From Histomonas meleagridis 2922-C6/04-290x (lineage: Eukaryota > Protista > Parabasalia): a stretch of DNA of 64,000 nucleotides. The DNA is taken from the NCBI GenBank assembly GCA_020184695.1, contig JAANOX010000153.1, positions 124,001-188,000 of the forward strand. Reading direction: 5' to 3'. The translations under genes were made by a program, and so were the position numbers. The notes beneath the pieces were generated by a model. That model was not told the origin of the DNA and ran no database searches. It saw nothing but the letters and a program-made list of their open reading frames with translations. The number at the start of each line of letters is the position of its first letter. Position 1 is the first letter of the stretch. Below, piece by piece: positions 45,837 to 56,653 of this stretch.

Positions 45837-46258
45837 GTAAGATAAAAATGGACATTCTTTTCAATTTAATCGAACTTTTTCAGATAATATAAAATTTAAT
45901 TCTTGTCAAAATGTGTTTTTCTCGTTTGAACTGTAAAAATATACTTTTCTTATTATATTTTAGACAAAACGAATTCACAAGTCCAATAGATGTGTGCAAT
46001 GCTTAAATATATAGGAGTTAGATTTCTAATTTTTTTAGATCCAAAATTATCGTGTTCTAGAAGATTGTCTTTTTACCATAATAGCAAAATAAAGAAGAAA
46101 TATTTATCCATAAGCAAAAAACTGAATTAAGTTTCAAATGAACAAACTCAAAAATAGAATGGAAAAATATTTTTCAAAAAGAGATTCGATTCGTTGCACA
46201 AATTTTTAATTTTAAACGGACACGAGAAATTGAATGGGTTTGGCCGAATGCAGCACAA

Positions 46259-46981
46259 ATGAGCAATCAAAACGAGCCAACGTCAAATGATGAAGACAAT
46301 GATTTCACACTTAGCAGTACAGATACAGAAGAAGACAAGAGGGGGTTTCTTGTTTATATTTTTACGGGAGATCAAGATCCTGCCGAAATAGAAGTTTTCA
46401 GAAAAATATGTATGAAATACTCTCTTCAGTCATGGGATGAGATGATGAAATATCTTCCATGGAGAAACAGAGCAGCTTTGAGAACAACACTATGTAAGAT
46501 AATTCGAAAACAATCTGTTAGTGAATACGATGGCATTCGTGCTGATCCATACGTAATTCGGAAGGACAACTTAGCTCTCGGAGTTTCAGAAGATGGATCT
46601 GATGAAGAATACACAATCAAAGGAAACATTCTTGTGAATCTAAAGTGGGACAGAAAACCTGAAGAATGGGAAGCAATGAGAATCGCCAACACAAAGAAAT
46701 ATATGATAAGTGATGAAGAAGCCGACAAAATAGAAATTCCATCAATTATTTCCATCGAGCATATGTCACAACAAATTGCAAACAGAAGGCAATCTCTTCT
46801 TCTGTACAGAGCGGCAATCATCAACGAGATAGCAAAACGCAAAAAAGTGGAACCTAAATTTGATGTCAAAGAACTATGCATTGTGACATCTGACCATCTC
46901 GATACCCCTACAAATACTATAAAACTAGAGAGTAAGAACTCAAATGACTTCTATTTTCCAATAAGTGATGAAGAAGATTAG
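46259..46981 (+). CDS. Hypothetical protein with a possible Myb/SANT-like helix-turn-helix
   Basis: FRKICMKYSLQSWDEMMKYLPWRNRAAL resembles a Myb-like repeat. Confidence 0.65.
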   Translation: MSNQNEPTSNDEDNDFTLSSTDTEEDKRGFLVYIFTGDQDPAEIEVFRKICMKYSLQSWDEMMKYLPWRNRAALRTTLCKIIRKQSVSEYDGIRADPYVIRKDNLALGVSEDGSDEEYTIKGNILVNLKWDRKPEEWEAMRIANTKKYMISDEEADKIEIPSIISIEHMSQQIANRRQSLLLYRAAIINEIAKRKKVEPKFDVKELCIVTSDHLDTPTNTIKLESKNSNDFYFPISDEED

Positions 46982-47372
46982 AAATACTTCTTATTATTCC
47001 TAAATTATTTATTCCAAATTTGTTTAAATGCAATAAGACCATTTGCAAATAAAAATAAATATCATACACAATTTAATTTTGCTATAAAAATCAAAAAGAG
47101 TGGAGTTCTTTGAAATTTAAAATTATTATTTGATCAATTTACATTTTTTTTACCAATGAAATGTTGCAAAAATTAACATAACATTTATTTTTATAGTTTT
47201 GAAATATTTTATATAATATTTGGAATTTTTATAATTATTTATAACAATATAGATATTATAATTTGATAAAGATTTTATAGAAATAAGAGAATTACTTCCC
47301 GTGTAAATAAAAATTCGGGCTATTTCCATTAAATAAGATAAATTACCGACATGTGATGTAAAATAGTTTCTA

Positions 47373-48143
47373 TTGGATCTCGAAAGCGACTTGGAGCTAC
47401 TCCAAGAAATCCTTCCTAATGAAAGTGAAGAAAAACTAAGGAAAGCACTAGAAGAAACACACGATGTTGGAAAAGCAATGCGTTTGCTCCTTAATCTTAA
47501 TAATAACCAAAGAAATAATCAAAGAACATCTGTTTTAATACACCCATCATGTCAAGAAATGGCTATTGCTGCGGCAAAAGAAGCACTTATTTCAGTTAGA
47601 TCTTCAACAATAAATGTTACAGAAATTGCACCAGAATTTACAATATCAATTTCGTTTCAAGGAGCTCCTTGTAAGCCACTTATTTTTGTTGAACCCATAC
47701 CATTTGATATCCAATTTTGCAAAAGCATTGAATCTCGGTCAATAATTTTAACAGAAAAATATGATGATCCAGAGATCAAAGCTTTTACTTCTTTTTATGG
47801 AATAATTCTTCTTCCATTAACTAAGCAAAACGTAACATTTGCAGTTCGCTTTGTTTTGATTGAAAATGGCATTATCGGCGACGGTTATGGACCTATCGTT
47901 CATGGTGATGTGTGGAGTGAAATGCTTCGGCAAATACCAATGATTAGTGTTTCTTTCACTTCCGTTATCACAAGTGCAATTCCGAGCCCTTACGCTGTTG
48001 TTCATAATTGTCCAAATCAACTAATTTCGAAAGCTGGAAATAAGCTCCCGCAAAGAATTCTTAATAACCTTAAAATGTTTTACACAACAGAAGACCCAGA
48101 ACAGAAAATAGAAACAGGACCACAAAAAAGATCTATCCAATAA
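47373..48143 (+). CDS. Protein with N-terminal CUE-like ubiquitin-binding domain (start codon reads TTG)
   Basis: LELLQEILPNESEEKLRKALEETHDVGKAMRLLL fits the CUE pattern. There is no in-frame ATG before it. Confidence 0.6.
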   Translation: MDLESDLELLQEILPNESEEKLRKALEETHDVGKAMRLLLNLNNNQRNNQRTSVLIHPSCQEMAIAAAKEALISVRSSTINVTEIAPEFTISISFQGAPCKPLIFVEPIPFDIQFCKSIESRSIILTEKYDDPEIKAFTSFYGIILLPLTKQNVTFAVRFVLIENGIIGDGYGPIVHGDVWSEMLRQIPMISVSFTSVITSAIPSPYAVVHNCPNQLISKAGNKLPQRILNNLKMFYTTEDPEQKIETGPQKRSIQ

Positions 48144-48156
48144 ATGTATTAATCAA

Positions 48157-49044
48157 TTATCTTGATGACGAATTATTACTTGTAGCTTGGCTTAATGACG
48201 CTGAATCACTATGTTGACTTTGTTTGTAGAGTTCATTTTGAGCTAAAACTTTGGAATTCAAAGGAATAACTGTATCTGATGGAAATCCATTTTCATTCCA
48301 TACCAAACGAAATGATTCATTATCACTTCTTAATTCCTTTTCACATAAAGGTGCAACTAATTTTGTTGTCCTTTTTAATGTTTCGACTTGATTTGTAATT
48401 CGAATCTTTCCTGGAACTTTCTGAGAAAGCCAATTTCTCCGAACAATTTCATTTATAGGAATGAATTCTGGAGTTGGTGATGAATGGGGGTCTTTGAGGT
48501 CTCCACGAAAGACTTCGGAAACGATTGAGTATATTTCTTCTGCTTGATCAGATTGAAGAGAAAAATAAGAACAAGCCTCAAGAAATAAAATTAATGTTTC
48601 ATAGAAGGTTCGTTCTTCTATTGCTTTAAGATTTGACGTAATTGGAGATAATAAAAGTTGACAATAAAGATGTGATAAAATTTCTTTTGATTCTTCATTT
48701 ACTTGAACTTGGTACTCTTCTTCTTCATCTGACATATGGCAATACCTTAGCATCATGGTTGAAGAAACATAATAAATTATTGAGATAATGAAGTTATCAC
48801 ATAAATTAGTTTTTGTAAATTCATGAAAAATTTTTGTATATTTAATGTAGTTTGGATGTTTAGGATTTTTGTCGAGTTTGCTTGTTTTTTGGATTTGAAT
48901 TATTCCTTTTCGTTTTAAATCATCAAGTACTATTTCTGTATTTTCTTTTTCAACCAGCGGCTTATCAAAAATCGAAGTTTGTTCTTTGATTTTTTGGTTC
49001 AACTCCTCAAGTGAGAAGTTTATTTTGCTGGTTTGTTTCCTCAT
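48157..49044 (-). CDS. Hypothetical protein (295 aa)
   Basis: Intact ORF with helical composition. No family recognised. Confidence 0.7.
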   Translation of the reverse strand: MRKQTSKINFSLEELNQKIKEQTSIFDKPLVEKENTEIVLDDLKRKGIIQIQKTSKLDKNPKHPNYIKYTKIFHEFTKTNLCDNFIISIIYYVSSTMMLRYCHMSDEEEEYQVQVNEESKEILSHLYCQLLLSPITSNLKAIEERTFYETLILFLEACSYFSLQSDQAEEIYSIVSEVFRGDLKDPHSSPTPEFIPINEIVRRNWLSQKVPGKIRITNQVETLKRTTKLVAPLCEKELRSDNESFRLVWNENGFPSDTVIPLNSKVLAQNELYKQSQHSDSASLSQATSNNSSSR

Positions 49045-49226
49045 ATGAGTTGTTCTTCTTCTTCAAATTGAATGTGTCTGTTCGAGTTAATGGTGGAAAA
49101 AATCAAGCAAAAAACTTCAATGTATGTATCAATATCGTCATATATTTTGTTTTTGAAATACATATTTATAACTACATTTTTTTTTAAAAAAAAAAAAAAA
49201 ATATTTTATTTAAAAAACAATATGAC

Positions 49227-50420
49227 TCAATCAAAAGAAAAAACAAATTTGTTTGTAGAACATAGATTGATAGAAGAGTTCCTTGAGAGTTCCTTTTGCT
49301 CAAAGTTTTTCTCATAAAAAATTCTAAATTTTGTTTTTGCAGATAATTTCATAACATTAAATATTAAACTATTACAAAAACTGATAATATCAGCTGCTGT
49401 TTGATCTGGATGAAAAAGAGCTGATGTTTCTAAGCTCGGTATTTGCTTGCACTTGAAAAATACTTTAATCGGTTTTGAATTCAAAAATAGACGATACAAA
49501 CTTTTCTTTGATTGTGTCGGTTCAATGAAAACCGATAAAACGCATTCAAAATCGGGGCACCTCGGAAAAAAGGTGCTTTTGTCCATGTCTGATTGGTAGA
49601 AAACAAAAACATTTTGGTCTGTTTGATAATTTAAAATGGCTTCATCTTTTCTTTTGAGGAGATCTTCTTTAGAGCTAAATGTCATTTCATATATCTCTTC
49701 TTCCATAGATTGTGGTGAGAAAATATGAAGCTTAAGAACAAGTCGAGAGATGTAACCTAAGAAAATAATTTTTGAAAAAATTAAGTCTTTGGGTTGAAAT
49801 GGTATTAAATTTTGATCAATATATTCAAACCATTGTTGTTCAATTAAAATATATAAAATATTTTTGTTGTCATTTCCATAGCAAATAATAAAATTGATAT
49901 TATATTTGGTTTTTCCAAAGAAAATAGATTTTGGAATTTGAAAATCACTTGTGCTAAGTTGTGGTTGAATTAATAAAAGCATTGGTAAAGACTTTATGTT
50001 TTGTGTTCGTTCAAATTCAGTCACATAATTTTGAAGATCTTTAATTTTTGGAATTTGAAAAAAAAGTTCTTTGTCGATTTTTTGTTTTTTGACAATTTTA
50101 GTGTAAAACATTTTTTCTATTTCTTCTTGAACTCCTGATGAATTTTGAAATGCATTAATTACATATGAAAAATAATCACTAAATTTAATATGATCTCGTG
50201 GATCTTTACCATACTCTTGAATAAGAGGGTTTAAATCCACAGAATCTTTATCTACATCCATTTGCTGTAATAAATCCAAAAAAATAGCAAACAAATTAGT
50301 ATCAGAAAAACTATATTTTTTCTCAATAAGTTCAGTAAAAGGCCTGAGGTGGAGAAGTATATGTGCTGCTATTGCAATTGAATTTGATCTGATTGAGAGT
50401 TTTTTCCCTAATACATTCAT
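49227..50420 (-). CDS. Degenerate USP/cysteine-protease-fold-like protein
   Basis: The N-terminus GKKLSIRSNSIAIAAHILLHLRPFTELI resembles a USP Cys-box without the catalytic Cys. LPMLLLIQ and YNINFIICYG resemble later USP boxes. Confidence 0.45.
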   Translation of the reverse strand: MNVLGKKLSIRSNSIAIAAHILLHLRPFTELIEKKYSFSDTNLFAIFLDLLQQMDVDKDSVDLNPLIQEYGKDPRDHIKFSDYFSYVINAFQNSSGVQEEIEKMFYTKIVKKQKIDKELFFQIPKIKDLQNYVTEFERTQNIKSLPMLLLIQPQLSTSDFQIPKSIFFGKTKYNINFIICYGNDNKNILYILIEQQWFEYIDQNLIPFQPKDLIFSKIIFLGYISRLVLKLHIFSPQSMEEEIYEMTFSSKEDLLKRKDEAILNYQTDQNVFVFYQSDMDKSTFFPRCPDFECVLSVFIEPTQSKKSLYRLFLNSKPIKVFFKCKQIPSLETSALFHPDQTAADIISFCNSLIFNVMKLSAKTKFRIFYEKNFEQKELSRNSSINLCSTNKFVFSFD

Positions 50421-51254
50421 TTCCCTGTTGGAGTGCCCCAAAATAGGAATTTTCGAAAATCATTCGATTCTCATTATCTCATGATGATTATATGAAATAA
50501 TTATTCAAAAAAAAATTATAATTGAATAAAACAAATGTATTTATTAATTAATTAAATTAAAATTGATGTATTTAGAAAAATAATTTAAAATAATCACCGA
50601 TACAATTTTTATCATTAATTTCTATGGCTGCAAAACGCCATTTCTTTATATGTTAAAAATCAAAAAGATAAAGTATTCAATAATTCAGTTAATTATGATC
50701 AAAAATATTTGTGAAAAAAGTGTAAACTCAGAGTCAAAAGTCATAAGCAGAAACGATCGGTTTCTAGTGAATTGTCTGGCAAAAAATTTTATCGTTCTTC
50801 CCGTTTTGATTTCATTTATCGAAGGTAATCCCCGAAAAAACAGAGTTATTAAGATTTTCATTTTTTCTTTTTGAAATTATTTATTGGCAACTCTCCATTA
50901 TAAATCATTTTGTGGTGTGTTCCAATCTATTCCAATCTGGCCAATGCATCACAAGAGTTTTGTATGTCTTTCTTACAAAATTTTGTAAACGGTCGATAAT
51001 TTTGCGTGTATTTGACTAAAAATACGCTTGTAAATCTTCCACAATTGAAGTTATTTCATTGATGGCTTGGATACTTTTGTATTTAGGTATTAGTTCTTTT
51101 GTTGATAACATTTGATTGAAAAAATTTTTTTGTTTAAAACCACAAGAAGAATTACGAAGTGTTTCTAACTTTTTGTTACCATTTCGATTTTTGAAAAGGT
51201 GAATCGGCTTTTGACAAATTTACAAATATTTGAATAACTTTGTTTGCATGCAAA

Positions 51255-54170
51255 ATGAGTGAATCGTCAACAAAAGTTTCTAATGCAGAAAACCAACAAC
51301 CTCGTTACGTTGAAAGTTCAGATTTCAAGAAAGCAATAAAAAGGCTCAATAACAAAATCAAAGATATGCAAAAACAAATTAGTGAGTCAATTTTATCAGA
51401 AAGTATTCGTCAAGAGTTAGAAACTCTTCGCGAAACAATTCGAGAACAAGGCAAAAAGATTGAAGAATTAACAGATGAGAAAAAGAAACAGATTGAAAAA
51501 TTGAAAACACCAACCCCAATTCGAACCCACAGACGAAGCACCAAAAGTGTTCGCTTAAGTGATACTGAAACAAACGTAGCTCAAATTGCTCAACTTCGAG
51601 ATATGGTTCAATCTCTCAAAGAAGATCTTGAAAATACCAAAACAAATGATATACAACCTCTTGTTCAAATGTCCAAATCCAAGAAACGTCATCGGAGACA
51701 AAAAAAAGAACCCAAAGAAGACTTAGAAAGGGAAGCATCAGATTCCAATTTCTTAACCGGTGAACCTTCTTTCACTGCAACAGATGAAAAGCCTAAAGTC
51801 AATTCTGACATTGAAAAAATCCAAGCCGAATTAGCCAAATTCAAATCAGATCTTCAATCCATTCAATCAAAGTCCCAAGAGCAAGAAAAGGAAATCAAAA
51901 AGATAAGCACACTTGTTAAGCATGGTGAAAAGCCATCTTTAGCATCCCTTCCAACGACAGATTCCAAAGGCTTTGATGTCAATTTCATGACGCAAGCGAT
52001 GGAACGCTTTGAAGAGCTTATTTCCACTGTCCAAGAGCATGATCAAATGCTTTCCAAGCAAAGCAACCTTATTACGCAGCAAAATGATGAGCTTACTGTT
52101 CAGCGTGAATTGTTTGACAAGAAATTTGCATCAAACATCAGCCGTATTAAAATGATGGAAAAGATGATCGAGTCAATTAATAATTCATTACAATCCCTAC
52201 GGAATGACATTAAAGCTTTACAAAGGAATTCAGGTGGTGGTGCAGATCAAGCAACTTTGGATCAAATGAAAGAAAAACTTTTCAAAGATATCGACGATAA
52301 AATCAACAAAATCAAAAACCGTTTTCTCGAAACGTTCGCTGATAAAGAAACCGCCGATAACCTCCGTCAGAAATTAGCAAATCAAAAGTCAACTTTTAAG
52401 CATGAAATATCTGATCTAAATGGGTTCATTAAAGATGAGGCTCAAAAGCGAGAAGATGCACTTGCAGAAATGCAAAATAAGGTGAATCAAGTACAACAAA
52501 TTCTTGAAAATCTCCAAGAAAAATCTTCAATGGAAGCTAAGATTACAAAAGACCAACTCCGTAAGTTATCAGCTCAAGTGGCAACAGGAGGATCTCCAAA
52601 TAATAGTCAGCCAGGAATCCCGTCAGAATTTGCATTAGATCTTGATGAATTCCGACTTCGAATAGAACAACTTGAACAAGACAAAAAGAAATCAAACGAA
52701 AGGGCTAATGCCATCATAGCCAAACAAGAAGAAATTGACAAATCTCTTAATGAATCACTTGATGACATTAAAAGTCGAATTTCTAATATGGAATATGTCT
52801 CCTCCAAAGATCACGAAGAGTTCATAGACAAACTACGTCAAGTTGAAGAGAACAATTCGATTATCCGTAGTGAGATGGAACAATGTCCAATAATGATTTC
52901 CCATTCAATCGACGAAAACAACGCTGCCATTGACAAATTCAAAGAGAAAGTGAACAAATCCCTTAGTGAGATCCAGAACCAACTCAAACAAGCCAGTTTT
53001 GCCGATGATGAAATTGATGAAATTCGCATCTCTCTTAAGAAGTTCACCAAACACATCAAATCGGAACAACGTAAACTTGACTCTCGTCTGGACACGATTG
53101 AGCATAAACTTAATCAAGAGAAAGATTCGAATAATGACATCACACAAATCAAAGACAAGCTTGAACAACTTCGACTTGAAATCGATGTCCAAAACAACAC
53201 CACCAATCCATTATTTACTCAACAGTTGAGTGAATTACGGAATCTGATAACTGGCGATAATACAAATGACAAAGAATCCTCTGAATCACCGATTAAAATC
53301 GCACAGCAAATCGACATCGAGAAGATCAAGAAGAAGATGGTGAAAATCGAGGACATTGTCCAACAACAAAACATTTCGATTGACAAAACGAATGACGCTG
53401 TCAAAGATATTCATGAAAGTAATGACATTTTCACTCGGAAGATATACCGCGAGATCGAATCCATCTATCACACGATCCCAGACAAAGTTGACGAGTCTCC
53501 TGTTGTTCTGGGCATTAAAGAAGAGATCAAAACATTAGAGAACACAATTAACATAGCGATTGAAGACAAAGAGAACTTCAAGAACAAGTTGAATGAAATC
53601 ATTTCAAACAATAATAATAATAATAACAATGAAACATCACAACAATATGAAAAGATTGGAGATAATAACGAAACATCGAACACAGAAATTAATGAACTTA
53701 AGTTAGCAATCGATGGAATCGAAATGAACACACAACGACAAATAAGAAAACTGAAGCGAACTGTGAAGAAGGTGCAACATGCGTTAGAAGATGCAATCGA
53801 AGATGAGAAAGAAGAGAAAGAAAAGAAAGAAAAGACACAACGTAAAAGACGTAGAAGTAATACCCAAAGGAAACAACATAAGCAAAAGGATATAAATGAT
53901 AAAGAAGAGGACGGAAGCGTAACCGAACGAAACATCGAACTCGAAGATGACGACTCAAAGGAGCTGCTGCTGACGGACGAGAACGAGAACGCAAACGAAG
54001 AGAAAGAAAGCAAAGAAGTAGTGAGAGCCGATGACGAAAAGATGAAAGCGGTCGAGGAATTGCAGAAGAATAACGTGGTGAAGGAGCTGTTGAGAGACGA
54101 CTTCGGTGTGATGTTTACGTTGATGTTCGCTGTGCTGTTGTATTTCTTGGTTACTGACATAGTTATGTGA
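51255..54170 (+). CDS. Large coiled-coil protein with C-terminal TM anchor
   Basis: About 970 aa of heptad-rich sequence ending FGVMFTLMFAVLLYFLVTDIVM. Confidence 0.85.
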   Translation: MSESSTKVSNAENQQPRYVESSDFKKAIKRLNNKIKDMQKQISESILSESIRQELETLRETIREQGKKIEELTDEKKKQIEKLKTPTPIRTHRRSTKSVRLSDTETNVAQIAQLRDMVQSLKEDLENTKTNDIQPLVQMSKSKKRHRRQKKEPKEDLEREASDSNFLTGEPSFTATDEKPKVNSDIEKIQAELAKFKSDLQSIQSKSQEQEKEIKKISTLVKHGEKPSLASLPTTDSKGFDVNFMTQAMERFEELISTVQEHDQMLSKQSNLITQQNDELTVQRELFDKKFASNISRIKMMEKMIESINNSLQSLRNDIKALQRNSGGGADQATLDQMKEKLFKDIDDKINKIKNRFLETFADKETADNLRQKLANQKSTFKHEISDLNGFIKDEAQKREDALAEMQNKVNQVQQILENLQEKSSMEAKITKDQLRKLSAQVATGGSPNNSQPGIPSEFALDLDEFRLRIEQLEQDKKKSNERANAIIAKQEEIDKSLNESLDDIKSRISNMEYVSSKDHEEFIDKLRQVEENNSIIRSEMEQCPIMISHSIDENNAAIDKFKEKVNKSLSEIQNQLKQASFADDEIDEIRISLKKFTKHIKSEQRKLDSRLDTIEHKLNQEKDSNNDITQIKDKLEQLRLEIDVQNNTTNPLFTQQLSELRNLITGDNTNDKESSESPIKIAQQIDIEKIKKKMVKIEDIVQQQNISIDKTNDAVKDIHESNDIFTRKIYREIESIYHTIPDKVDESPVVLGIKEEIKTLENTINIAIEDKENFKNKLNEIISNNNNNNNNETSQQYEKIGDNNETSNTEINELKLAIDGIEMNTQRQIRKLKRTVKKVQHALEDAIEDEKEEKEKKEKTQRKRRRSNTQRKQHKQKDINDKEEDGSVTERNIELEDDDSKELLLTDENENANEEKESKEVVRADDEKMKAVEELQKNNVVKELLRDDFGVMFTLMFAVLLYFLVTDIVM

Positions 54171-54204
54171 TGCCTGAAATGAATGAATAAACATTGAATT
54201 TTGA

Positions 54205-54890
54205 GAACGTTTTGGAGTAACGAAACGTAATAAATGAAATGTAATAAATGTTTTGGAGTAACGAAATGTAATAAATGTTTTGGAGTAACGAAACGTAATA
54301 AATGTTTTGGAGTAATGAAATGTAATAAATGAAATGTAATAAATGTTTTGGAGTAATGAAATATAATAAATGTTTTGGAGTAACGAAACGTAATAAATGT
54401 TTTGGAGTAATGAAATGTAATAAATGTTTTGGAGTAACGAAACGTAATAAATGTTTTGGAGTAACGAAATGTAATAAATGTTTTGGAGTAATAAAATGTA
54501 ATAAATGAAATGGAATAAATGTTTTGGAGTAATGAAATGTAATAAATGTTTTGGAGTAATGAAATGTAATAAATGTTTTGGAGTAACGAAACGTAATAAA
54601 TGTTTTGGAGTAATGAAATGTAATAAATGTTTTGGAGTAACGAAACGTAATAAATGTTTTGGAGTAACGAAATGTAATAAATGTTTTGGAGTAATAAAAT
54701 GTAATAAATGAAATGGAATAAATGTTTTGGAGTAATGAAATGTAATAAATGTTTTGGAGTAATGAAATGTAATAAATGTTTTGGAGTAATGAAATGTAAT
54801 AAATGTTTTGGAGTAATGAAATGTAATAAATGAAATGGAATAAATGTTTTGGAGTAATGAAATGTAATAAATGTCGTGGAGTAACAAAAT
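54205..54890. repeat. 27-bp minisatellite (AAATGTTTTGGAGTAA[C/T]GAAA[C/T]GTAAT), roughly two dozen units with interspersed 14-bp half-units
   Basis: Directly visible tandem units with no unique spacers. Confidence 0.95.
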
Positions 54891-55149
54891 AAAATAAATG
54901 TTTTTCATTGCGTTTTGGTTATGTTGAAAATCAAGGTGGAATTCGCTCTTAGCTGTAAGTTTCATGAATGAGTGAAAAATTATTTATATATATTTTTCAA
55001 TTAATTTTTGGCAAAAAAGAATCGAAAAAGGCATGTATATTTTATCAAAATTATATTAATTGGTTTTTATACACAGCTATGTAATGTAAAATTTATTATC
55101 TCTCGTGTGCCTCATTACACATCTTGTCATTAAAAAATTTGCAAACATT

Positions 55150-55867
55150 TTCTAGCTGTCCCATATAAAGGACTATTTCATGGTGTATCTGAAATTTTGA
55201 AATATATTATACAGTGCAAAATAGAGCGGATATTGAACGCCAAGTCAATTCTGTCTGTCTTTGCAAAGTATCACAACAAGAACCAGAAATTACAACATCT
55301 GGAGTTGATCCACGAAATCCATCCACATTTGTAATAGGCGATGACTATGGCTTTGATATACTGCAACAAGCTGAAGACCTCACACCTATATTTGATATTT
55401 ATACTCATAATTTCACAAGTCAACATATGCAAATTGATGGCTGTGAATGTGTTGGCAGTATTGTCTTTGCACCTGAGGGAAATTATTTCGGTGTTCGAAG
55501 GTTTGGCGATGTCCAAATTTAGGACGTTTGTAATGTCTCTTCACCCTCATCTAAACTTGACGTGCAATGGTTCCCCAACAAAATGAACTGGCTCATTGAA
55601 GACAATTATGTTAAGGATCAGTTCCGGACCACGTTCACACGTAAGGGGAAACTTGTCACCGGGTGTTATTCTGCCGATTTCGTATCATGGAATTGGAAGA
55701 ATCAAAAGACATCACAACATAAGGCAGTAAGCGCAAGAATGCCAAGATTACCACCTGAGTTAGGAAGTGATTTTAATAAGAGAGTGACTGTTTGCGAGGC
55801 ACATCCAACGGAAGAAGTGGTGGCAGTCGTGTCAACGAAAGCGCTTTTCTTGTTCTACGAACCGTAG
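55150..55867 (+). pseudogene. PP2A regulatory B55 (PPP2R2/Cdc55)-like WD40 gene, 5'-truncated with in-frame TAG
   Basis: GNYFGVRRFGDVQI*D, DQFRTTF, LVTGCY and DFNKRVTVCEAHPTEEVVAV match the B55 C-terminal blades. TAG at 55520-55522 sits where Trp (IWD) is expected. Confidence 0.7.
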
Positions 55868-56077
55868 TAAGAAAAAAGAAATGTCATAGAGTAATCTAAA
55901 CACATTATAAAGTAAAAGTATTGGAATTCATATTTTTAAGAATGGGACAACATAAAGTTGGAAACAGTGCATTATTTGGACGTATTCTATCATTACGTGA
56001 AACGTTTTGGAGTTCATAGAGCAACTTCAATAGTTATTTTTATTTTAAAAGGACTTTTATGGCGTTGTTTTTAGGTA

Positions 56078-56150
56078 ACACCTATAGCATAATGGATAAT
56101 GCGCCTCCCTTCTAAGGAGGAGACTCTGGGTTCGAGTCCCCGTAGGTGTG
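56078..56150 (+). tRNA. tRNA-Arg (anticodon TCT)
   Basis: Acceptor stem ACACCTA/TAGGTGT, D-arm TAGCATAATGGATAATGC, anticodon arm CCTCC-CTTCTAA-GGAGG and T-loop GGTTCGAGTCC, followed by a T6 Pol III terminator. Confidence 0.93.
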
Positions 56151-56653
56151 TTTTTTGATGACTTTTTATATTTCAATGTGTCTTAATCCATCAGGCAGAA
56201 CTTTATTACAATTTTGAACAAAAATTTTTCTAATTATCCTATCAAAAACTAAAAATTTTTATAATCATTTTATATAAATTTTTTAATTGATGTCATTTCG
56301 ATAAAAAAATATAAATATTTTAGAACATTTAACGACATGTTCATCAAAATTGAATCATATCCAATGACCTTATTTAAATTATTCAAGATCACTTCATTTA
56401 ATTAATACAAATCTATTTGATTTATCAATTGAGAAATAATATGAAATGGTACCTTCGGATCAAAGAGTACCATCTCATTTTTTTCAAGAATTAGAAAAAG
56501 AAATCATTGTATATGCAATTCAACAAAATTACCCAATTCCGAAGTCATTTATATCTTTAAGCAATTCAAAATGGAAATATATTATTACCAATCGAACAAT
56601 CGATTATTAATTTTTTCAATCAAGTCGAACTTTCCAAAATTCACTCAGAAAGT

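Noticed and set aside
53468-54160. 230-aa Ser/Phe-rich minus-strand ORF and other short nested ORFs in 51379-53994
   Set aside because: These are antisense shadows of the Glu/Lys-rich coiled-coil gene.
54205-54890. CRISPR-like array
   Set aside because: The units are directly adjacent with no unique spacers, and the context is eukaryotic with no cas genes.
53955-54965. 336-aa and 68-aa ORFs with ITFHYSKTF / KCFGVMKCN repeats
   Set aside because: They are translations of the 27-bp minisatellite (length divisible by 3), with no independent evidence of coding.
55520-55522. Stop-codon reassignment (TAG as sense)
   Set aside because: It is a single case explained by a TGG to TAG transition, and other genes in the window end normally at TAA, TAG or TGA.
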